Source: an uncultured Collinsella sp. (GTDB lineage Bacteria; Actinomycetota; Coriobacteriia; Coriobacteriales; Coriobacteriaceae). Taken from it: a stretch of DNA of 49,462 nucleotides. The DNA lies in assembly GCA_902494295.1 (NCBI GenBank), contig CABUSL010000001.1, positions 1 through 49,462 of the forward strand, written 5' to 3'. A program made the position numbers and the translations under genes. Within the stretch, counting starts at the first letter, position 1. Every line of letters begins with the position of its first letter. Under the pieces are notes generated by a model that made no database searches, was not told the DNA's origin, and saw nothing but the letters and a program-made list of their open reading frames with translations. This document shows, piece after piece, positions 19,064 through 25,826 of the stretch.

Positions 19064-21409
19064 ATGGAAACGCTTGAGCGCAACGAGTGGGCAGACGTTG
19101 CCCAATTGGTCGAGATCACGAGCGATGCTGTCATTATTTGCGAGCTCGACGGAACCATTTTGCATGTAAATAATCGCTTACTTGGTTTGATGTGCGAGGA
19201 ACGCGCCGACGTCATCGGTGGAGATGTTAAAGACGTCCTGTACTCGTCCGCTTTTGAACGTGCGACGGAACATCGTCTGCCATTTGAAACTGATGGCTCC
19301 GAGAACGAACTGATGCTCAAGCTGAGTGACGGCTCTTTTATCCCCGTCTTGGTTCGTGCGGGCTCCGTAACGCCCCCACGCATCTTTGGGCGCCGTGCGC
19401 CGCGTGTTCTGGTGGCGCTTCATAGCATCGAAGAGCAGTATTCGCACGACCGCCAGCTCAAGCGTGCGTTATCGGAGCTTAGAGTGGCGAACAAGCGTCT
19501 CTCTGGCACGCTCTCGGTCATTATGAGCACTGTGGGCTCCGATGAGTTACCCAGCCTACTTGATACCGTTTTGAACCAGCTTGTCGGAACGCTCGATGCT
19601 TCGGGTGCCGCTATCTATTTTTCTGAGAGCGGCGGTTTTAAGCTACGCGGTGTTTCCAAGGAGCTGTACGACAGCTACCTGCCCGAGTTTTTGCCGTATG
19701 GCGCTGGCATTCCGACGTATGTTCTTCGCGAGTCGCGTGCCTGTCGCTTGTCGATTCAACAGGACCTTGAGGGCGATAGGGCCGCCTCCGGTATGTTCAT
19801 GGACCTGGACAATCGTTCTAAGCACCTGTTGCGCGTGCAGGATATGCCTCCGTACCGCAGCGAGATCTGTCTTCCCGTTTTTTACGGTACGCAGATCCTT
19901 GGCGTGCTGGAAGTTGGTTGGAAACGCCCCCAGGCACCGCTCGCCTATGACGTTAATGTACTCGAGGTCATTTGCGATTACCTGTCTATCCAGCTGGTCG
20001 GCATGGCATCGAGTCTTCGCTCTCGTCGCACGGCCGAGCTTGGCCGCTCGCTCAATGTCTTACGTGATGAGTTGTTTACCTTTCTAGACGATTCCGCCGC
20101 GGCTACCCAGGCGGTATCGTCCGAGATCTGCATTATGCTCAACTGCCATTTTTGTCCTGTTGAGTATGACGCCAGTCTGGACTCCTATGTCATAGATTTT
20201 GAAGGCGGCAGTCGCGTTGCCTTGCCGGACGATCCCGAGAAGCTTTTCTTTTCCACGACGGCGCCAGCGGCACGTCTGGGGGCTGGCCCTGATGGCTTTG
20301 AGGCATCTGTTTTGGGCGGCACGAGTGCCGAGGACCTTAAACACGTCCGTATAACTCGCGTTGACGAATCGATGCCTATGGGGGCCTGGCTTAGGGCGCA
20401 TGGTCTGCCTTGCCAGGGTCTCTACGTCGACACCGGCATCGAGGCGGGGCGCCCGCGCTCTGAGGGTGATGGCAAGCACAGTAACGACGCGATTGTTCCT
20501 GCTTCTGTTGCGAAGAGCCCGACGACGCGCGCGCTGCTGCTTCGTGATGGTAGCCAAGAGCCGATTGATGACCTTGAATATGACTACTTGGTGCACTTGG
20601 CGCATGACTTTGAACTGATCTATGAAGGCGAATCTCAAAAGCGCGAGGAGCGCCATATCGCTCAGACCCTCCAGATTGGCATGAGAAATTCCCTGGGGGA
20701 TGTTCCGGGTATCGCAACCGATTCGGTGTACCTGTCGGCCACGAACTCGGCGTTGGTCGGTGGCGATTTCTATACGCTCATCCGTCTTCCCGACAACTGC
20801 GCCGTCATGATTCTGGGTGATGTGTCTGGCAAAGGCATTGAGGCCGCATCGATGTCCGCGCTCGTCAAGACGGCCCTGACGGCATATGCCTGGGAGGGCG
20901 CTGGACCGGCTCGCATGGCACGCTCCCTTAACAGCATGCTCATGGGCTTTTCGAGGGTCGAGACGTTCGTGACGGCCTTTATCGCCAAGATTGACCTTAA
21001 AGCCGGACACGCAACGTATTGTTCGGCGGGCCATCCTCCGACCATGGTCATCAGGCCAGAGTCGATGCCGCTGGGTGGCGGCGAGTCCCGTGGGGGAGAG
21101 GTCGAGCTGCTTGGATGCCAATCGGGCGTAATCGGTGCCTTTGAGAGCATGGTCTACGAGACAGGCGCGTTTACGTTCGCCCCCGGCGACATGCTCTTCA
21201 TGTATACGGATGGAACGATTGAGGCCCGCGACCGCACCGGAGCGTTCTTTGGCGAGCAGCGCTTGCGCGACCTTCTGCTTTCTGTTTCGGGGGAGGGCGT
21301 GTCGGGCATTTGCGGCAAGGTCTTGGGCGAGCTTGACCGATTTACCGAATCGGCGCTGGACGATGACATTGCATTGGTGTCCCTTGAGTTTTTACGGGGT
21401 CGTTCATAG
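19064..21409 (+). CDS. PAS-GAF sensor fused to a SpoIIE/RsbU-type PP2C phosphatase
   Basis: N-terminal PAS-like (DAVIICELDGTILHVN) and GAF-like (SEICLPVFYGTQILGVL) regions. C-terminal VGGDFY, GDVSGKG, SAGHPP, YTDG and DDDIA motifs. Confidence 0.88.
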   Translation: METLERNEWADVAQLVEITSDAVIICELDGTILHVNNRLLGLMCEERADVIGGDVKDVLYSSAFERATEHRLPFETDGSENELMLKLSDGSFIPVLVRAGSVTPPRIFGRRAPRVLVALHSIEEQYSHDRQLKRALSELRVANKRLSGTLSVIMSTVGSDELPSLLDTVLNQLVGTLDASGAAIYFSESGGFKLRGVSKELYDSYLPEFLPYGAGIPTYVLRESRACRLSIQQDLEGDRAASGMFMDLDNRSKHLLRVQDMPPYRSEICLPVFYGTQILGVLEVGWKRPQAPLAYDVNVLEVICDYLSIQLVGMASSLRSRRTAELGRSLNVLRDELFTFLDDSAAATQAVSSEICIMLNCHFCPVEYDASLDSYVIDFEGGSRVALPDDPEKLFFSTTAPAARLGAGPDGFEASVLGGTSAEDLKHVRITRVDESMPMGAWLRAHGLPCQGLYVDTGIEAGRPRSEGDGKHSNDAIVPASVAKSPTTRALLLRDGSQEPIDDLEYDYLVHLAHDFELIYEGESQKREERHIAQTLQIGMRNSLGDVPGIATDSVYLSATNSALVGGDFYTLIRLPDNCAVMILGDVSGKGIEAASMSALVKTALTAYAWEGAGPARMARSLNSMLMGFSRVETFVTAFIAKIDLKAGHATYCSAGHPPTMVIRPESMPLGGGESRGGEVELLGCQSGVIGAFESMVYETGAFTFAPGDMLFMYTDGTIEARDRTGAFFGEQRLRDLLLSVSGEGVSGICGKVLGELDRFTESALDDDIALVSLEFLRGRS

Positions 21410-21487
21410 ACGACGCTGGGCGGGCTGAATCCGTACGGTTGGGGAAACGAATGCATCGAGTGGGCTTTTTTGGGGAACCATGGTCGT

Positions 21488-22234
21488 ATGAATGAGTGGA
21501 ATGACATAGCGGTTTTGACGCCACCAGGCGATATCGACATCGCCACGGTGCCTGCGCTGCGTCGGCGGTTGGATGCTTTGATTGGCCGCGGCGTGCGTCG
21601 TGTCGTCATCAACTGTCAGGCTGTTAGCTTTATCGATTCGACGGGCTTGGCATTCCTGCTTACGCGCGCTCGTGAGCTCATGAGGCGAGAAGGCCTGCTT
21701 TCGCTCGTCAATGCATCAGGTGAAGTTGTTCGCTTTTTGGAGATTGCTCGTCTTGTCGATATCCTTCATGTCGCGGGGCCGGCACGGGAGTCTATTCCCG
21801 CTATTCCGGTGGGGGAGTTGCCGCGATGGAGCAAGAGCGTCGAAGTAAGGCGAGGCATCGAGAACCTCCCGTATTATCGGCACCGTGTGGCCGAGCTTCT
21901 CGAATCATTTCCCCTGAGGCGAGATGAACGTTATGACGTCGCATTGGCACTGGGGGAGGCATTGGGTAACGCGTATGACCATGCGGGCGGTGTTGGCTGC
22001 GTCCTGACGGTTCAGGCCTATGGGGATCGTGTTGTGCTCGAGGTGCTTGATCGGGGCGCTGGCTATTCTATCGATGGGGCGAGCGAGCCGGTGGCATCCG
22101 AGGAACGCGGACGTGGTATCAAGCTCATGCGCATGCTCGTCGATAATGTTGAGGTTGCCCGGCGCACGGATGGTGCCGGCACACGCGTTCGGATGGTGAA
22201 GCTGTTTGGCTCAGCATTGGAATCGTGCGCATAG
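21488..22234 (+). CDS. STAS anti-sigma-factor antagonist fused to an RsbW-like HATPase kinase
   Basis: GDIDIATVP and FIDSTGL (phospho-Ser site), followed by EALGNAYDH, VLDRGAG and ERGRGIKLMRMLVD. Confidence 0.85.
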   Translation: MNEWNDIAVLTPPGDIDIATVPALRRRLDALIGRGVRRVVINCQAVSFIDSTGLAFLLTRARELMRREGLLSLVNASGEVVRFLEIARLVDILHVAGPARESIPAIPVGELPRWSKSVEVRRGIENLPYYRHRVAELLESFPLRRDERYDVALALGEALGNAYDHAGGVGCVLTVQAYGDRVVLEVLDRGAGYSIDGASEPVASEERGRGIKLMRMLVDNVEVARRTDGAGTRVRMVKLFGSALESCA

Positions 22235-22279
22235 CGCCTTGACTTGGCGTTATTTACCTGCGTGAACTTGCTTTGAGCA

Positions 22280-22327
22280 ACTTTTTTGAAAAAAGTACTT
22301 GCGTCTTTTGGACAACTCGCGTAAATT
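22280..22327 (+). promoter_or_regulatory. tRNA-Gly/Cys promoter with palindromic upstream element
   Basis: ACTTTTTT-G-AAAAAAGT, then TTGCGT-N17-TAAATT. Confidence 0.6.
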
Positions 22328-22339
22328 AATAACCCGCAA

Positions 22340-22415
22340 GCGGACATGGCTCAGTTGGTAGAGCACAACCTTGCCAAGGTTGGGGTCGCGGGTTCGAGCC
22401 CCGTTGTCCGCTCCA
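22340..22415 (+). tRNA. tRNA-Gly(GCC)
   Basis: GCGGACA/TGTCCGC acceptor, GCC anticodon, GTTCGAG T-loop and CCA. Confidence 0.97.
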
Positions 22416-22449
22416 TTGCATTTCCGGACCGTTTAGGCGGTCCTTTTTC

Positions 22450-22523
22450 GGCGAAGTGGCCAAGTGGTAAGGCAGAGGCCTGCAAAGCCTTTACCCCCGG
22501 TTCGAATCCGGGCTTCGCCTCCA
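22450..22523 (+). tRNA. tRNA-Cys(GCA)
   Basis: GGCGAAG/CTTCGCC acceptor, GCA anticodon, U73 discriminator and CCA. Confidence 0.96.
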
Positions 22524-22565
22524 GGCAACATCCGGGCGCTCCGGCGCCCGTTTTGTTTTACATAT

Positions 22566-22641
22566 GCGGACATGGCTCAGTTGGTAGAGCACAACCTTGC
22601 CAAGGTTGGGGTCGCGGGTTCGAGCCCCGTTGTCCGCTCCA
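22566..22641 (+). tRNA. tRNA-Gly(GCC)
   Basis: Identical to 22340-22415. Confidence 0.97.
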
Positions 22642-22829
22642 AACTCAGCAGCCCGACTACTACGGTAGCCGGGCTTTTTCGTACCCATCGCATGGGCTCG
22701 AACCCGAGAGGGAGCGAGCGTTAAGCAAACGCGGAGCGTTTGTAGCGAGCTGGCGAGGACGCCGGCAGGCGGCCGAAGCCAGTGCGGATCCGCGAAGCGG
22801 ATACGCGGACGCCCCGTTGTCCGCTCCAA
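22642..22829 (+). mobile_element. tRNA-Gly-linked mini element bounded by a duplicated tRNA 3' end
   Basis: 19-bp direct repeat GCCCCGTTGTCCGCTCCAA (22624-22642 and 22811-22829). Antisense T-arm copy GGGCTCGAACCC at 22694-22705; internal hairpins; no ORF. Confidence 0.6.
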
Positions 22830-22836
22830 CTATCTT

Positions 22837-22863
22837 ACGCGGTTCTAACGAACCGCGTTTTTT
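22837..22863 (+). terminator. Terminator after the tRNA 3'-end duplicate
   Basis: ACGCGGTTC-TAAC-GAACCGCGT followed by a T tract. Confidence 0.7.
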
Positions 22864-22874
22864 GTTGACGCTGC

Positions 22875-22974
22875 GCGGGCCCCGGGCACCCCATCTTGCC
22901 CCTCAATCGTCGGTCGCGTACATAAAGTACGCTTCCCTCCTCTTTCGCGGCAACCTGGGGCACCCGGAGCCCGC
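22875..22974 (-). repeat. Intergenic hairpin element, family B
   Basis: The reverse complement contains GGTGCCCCAGGTTGCCGCGAAAGAGGAGGGAAGCGTACTTTATGTACGCGACCGACGATTGAGGGGCAAGATGGGGTGCC, which aligns with 4034-4131 through compensatory changes. Confidence 0.8.
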
Positions 22975-23164
22975 TCGCTGTCGTGGCCGGGAAAGTGGGT
23001 CTTCCGTTCTTTTCACTAATCGGTCGATTCGTCCCAGGAGGCTTGAACCCGAGAGGGGGCGAGCGTTTTGGGTCGTGGCTGTGGCGTTGTTTGTCGCGAA
23101 TGTCCGCTTTGGGCGTATCATCGTGGGCATCTCGCATAACCTCGTTGCAAGGGAGATACGCCCC

Positions 23165-24898
23165 ATGGCTACAGAAAAGTCTTCTTCGCGCTCATGGATG
23201 TCCGATGCCGCGATCTATCAGATCTACCCGCGCTCGTTTAAGGATTCGACTGGTTCGGGTCTGGGCGATATCGCGGGCATTACCCAGCAGATGGACTATC
23301 TTGAGCAGCTGGGTATCGAGGCTATCTGGCTGAGCCCGTTTTACCCATCGCCTCTTGTCGATGGTGGCTATGATGTGGCGGACTACTGCGATGTCGACCC
23401 ACGTCTCGGCTCGCTTGACGACTTCGATGACATGATCGCTGCGGCTCACGCGCGTGGCATCAAGGTCATCGTCGACATCGTGCCCAACCATTCATCCAAC
23501 CAGCACCCCTGGTTCAAAGCCGCTCTTGCCGCCGGCCCCGGATCGCCCGAACGCGCCCGTTATATCTTCCGCGATGGTCGCGGCGAGCATGGCGAGCTGC
23601 CTCCCACCAATTGGAATGCCAACTTTGGCGGCCCCGCATGGACGCGTGTTGCGGACGGTCAGTGGTATCTGCACATGTTTACGCCCGAGCAGCCGGACTT
23701 TGACTGGTCATGCCCTGAGGTTCACGCGCTCTTTTGCGACGTCCTGGCGTTTTGGAGCGATCGAGGCGTCGACGGCTTTCGCATTGATGTGGCGCAGGGT
23801 CTCGCCAAGGATCTCGACCGCGATGACCTCGACCGGTGGCATCTCGCCGAGGGCGATGACATGGTTGACGACGGCACCCATCCGCTGTGGGACCGCAACG
23901 AGGTCCACGAGATCTATCGCGAGTGGCGCCGCGTGTTCGACCGCTATAATCCGCCGCGCAGCGCCGTTGCTGAGGCATGGGTGCTGCCCGAGCGCCAGTA
24001 TCTCTACGCGCGTCCCAGCGAGCTTGGTCAGACATTTAACTTTGAGTTCGCCAAGGCCACTTGGACCTATGATGACATGCACGCTGCAATCGAGGAGGGC
24101 TTGAAGGCGGCCATCGAATCCGATTCCGCCTCGACCTGGGTACTCTCCAACCACGACGTGCCGCGCGTGGCGACACGCTACGCCCTGCCGCAAATCAAGG
24201 CGACGCGCTACCATCAGATTGCGCTCGACTGGCTCTTACGCGACGGGTCGTCTTATGACGAGGACCGTGAACTCGGCGAGCGCCGCGCGCGGGCGGCCCT
24301 TTTGCTTGAGCTGGCGCTTCCGGGCTCGGCATACGTGTATCAGGGTGAGGAGCTCGGCCTTTTTGAGGTGGCTGACATCCCGTGGGCTGCACTCGAAGAT
24401 CCCACTGCGACCAATACGCACGGACCGAAGCGCGAGAAGGGGCGCGACGGCTGTCGTGTGCCCCTGCCATGGGTGGCGGCGGACGACCCCGCGCAGGGCG
24501 GATCGTTTGGGTTTTCGCCGGCGGACGCCGATGCGGCGCCCCATCTGCCGCAGCCTGCATGGTTTTCCGATTACGCTGCCGATAGGGAAGAAGCGGACCC
24601 GACATCGATGCTTGCGCTCTATCGTGACGCCCTCTGGCTGCGGCGCAAGCTGCGCGGGTGCGCCAACGATCTTGCGTGGCTCGATCTTGACGGGCGCACC
24701 GGTCTTGCGGATGGCGCCGAGGGCGCCGAGGGCGGCGTCATCGCCTATCGCCGCGACAATGGCTGGGCGTGTGTGACGAACTTCGGTGCAGCACCTGTGG
24801 AGCTGCCGGCGGGCAGGGTCCTGCTCACCTCATCACCGCTTGCAGACGGCAGGCTCGCGCAGGACAGCTCTGCCTGGATCATGCTCGGTGAGATGTAG
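23165..24898 (+). CDS. GH13 alpha-glucosidase
   Basis: IYQIYPRSF, DGGYDV, DIVPNH, catalytic GFRIDVA / AEAW / SNHD, YQGEELG and GRDGCRVP motifs. True start is ATG 23165 after a GGGAG SD. Confidence 0.92.
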   Translation: MATEKSSSRSWMSDAAIYQIYPRSFKDSTGSGLGDIAGITQQMDYLEQLGIEAIWLSPFYPSPLVDGGYDVADYCDVDPRLGSLDDFDDMIAAAHARGIKVIVDIVPNHSSNQHPWFKAALAAGPGSPERARYIFRDGRGEHGELPPTNWNANFGGPAWTRVADGQWYLHMFTPEQPDFDWSCPEVHALFCDVLAFWSDRGVDGFRIDVAQGLAKDLDRDDLDRWHLAEGDDMVDDGTHPLWDRNEVHEIYREWRRVFDRYNPPRSAVAEAWVLPERQYLYARPSELGQTFNFEFAKATWTYDDMHAAIEEGLKAAIESDSASTWVLSNHDVPRVATRYALPQIKATRYHQIALDWLLRDGSSYDEDRELGERRARAALLLELALPGSAYVYQGEELGLFEVADIPWAALEDPTATNTHGPKREKGRDGCRVPLPWVAADDPAQGGSFGFSPADADAAPHLPQPAWFSDYAADREEADPTSMLALYRDALWLRRKLRGCANDLAWLDLDGRTGLADGAEGAEGGVIAYRRDNGWACVTNFGAAPVELPAGRVLLTSSPLADGRLAQDSSAWIMLGEM

Positions 24899-24979
24899 GG
24901 GTCTCTTGCGGCGAGTTTGCGTTTGTCTGCGCCTTCCGTGGTGGCTGATGTCTTTGCGAGGTTCGCGAGGGCGTCGCAA

Positions 24980-25027
24980 AACTTTTCAAAAAAAGTTCTT
25001 GCATAGGATGCGGGTATCACGTAAGAT
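24980..25027 (+). promoter_or_regulatory. tRNA-Gly/Val promoter with palindromic upstream element
   Basis: AACTTTT-CAA-AAAAGTT, then TTGCAT-N17-TAAGAT. Confidence 0.6.
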
Positions 25028-25039
25028 TAATCCTCGTAA

Positions 25040-25115
25040 GCGGACATGGCTCAGTTGGTAGAGCACAACCTTGCCAAGGTTGGGGTCGCGGGTTCGAGCC
25101 CCGTTGTCCGCTCCA
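25040..25115 (+). tRNA. tRNA-Gly(GCC)
   Basis: Third identical copy. Confidence 0.97.
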
Positions 25116-25118
25116 TTT

Positions 25119-25193
25119 GGGCGTTTAGCTCAGGGGGAGAGCGCTTCCCTGACACGGAAGAGGTCAGAAGTTCAAATCTTCTAACGCCCACCA
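25119..25193 (+). tRNA. tRNA-Val(GAC)
   Basis: GGGCGTT/AACGCCC acceptor, CTTCC-CTGACAC-GGAAG anticodon arm and CCA. Confidence 0.96.
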
Positions 25194-25201
25194 AATGTTC
25201 G

Positions 25202-25238
25202 CAGCTCAGAGGCTATGTCCTCTGGGCTGTTTTGTTTT
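25202..25238 (+). terminator. Terminator after tRNA-Val
   Basis: CAGCTCAGAGG / CCTCTGGGCTG stem followed by TTTTGTTTT. Confidence 0.7.
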
Positions 25239-25554
25239 ATGTCGCCAAACATGCCGGCAAACATGCCAGCAAATTTTGATCCAAGGTCTGTACGCGATGG
25301 TCTTCGCATCCCGTAGAGGTCCGGCTGGTTGCATACGCTCTGGCCGATCGTGACCGCAACATGTTGGTCAAGCACAATCTTTTGGATTCTTTTGGCGTGA
25401 GCGGCTTAGTTTTGGTAGGATTTGTCGGCGGCTTGACTAAGGGGGTTTTATAACTGCCATGCAGGTAGCCGTGTTGGTAACGTTTTACCGACTTGCCAAG
25501 AACCCCTCATAATTAATGCGTCTGCAAAATGACTAATTGCTTTGACCTGCTGAA

Positions 25555-25602
25555 ACACTATATGTTGTGTTTGACCTAAAAAAAGAATACAGGATATAGA
25601 TG
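25555..25602 (+). promoter_or_regulatory. Tandem NrdR boxes
   Basis: ACACTATATGTTGTGT (25555-25570) matches the acaCwAtATaTwGtgt consensus. A weaker box, ATACAGGATATAGATG, starts 32 bp downstream; both precede nrdD. Confidence 0.75.
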
Positions 25603-25826
25603 CCTCTTTGTCGTATGATAGATGGCGGACAGAGAACGAGGACCTTATTCGCCCCATTTGGATGGATCTTCGAGCCCCTTGATTGGCTGCGAGGATTGTC
25701 CGCATGAGGGCCTATGGTTTTCGAAAACACAGATTGCGCGACGGCGCCGCAAGACAGGGGCAAGCCCTGCCGGGCATCGTTTGGCTCTGAAGCGCAATAC
25801 GATTTCGACGCGAAAGAGGCAAGAGG

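Noticed and set aside
21424..21480. Resemblance to the 5' half of a c-di-AMP (ydaO) riboswitch (GCTGAATCC..GG..GGGGAAAC..TTTTGGGG)
   Set aside because: The 3' half (CCCG.CAGCTAAC and its partner strands) is absent, and the STAS ORF starts immediately after. A cmscan would settle it.
19038..22279. Genomic island integrated at tRNA-Leu
   Set aside because: No integrase and no duplicated tRNA-Leu 3' end were found; the codon shift alone is insufficient.
22346..23164. N-terminal 273 codons of the 850-aa ORF (and ORF 25046-25279 with the same start peptide)
   Set aside because: These read through tRNA genes and hairpin repeats. The glucosidase begins at ATG 23165 with its own SD.
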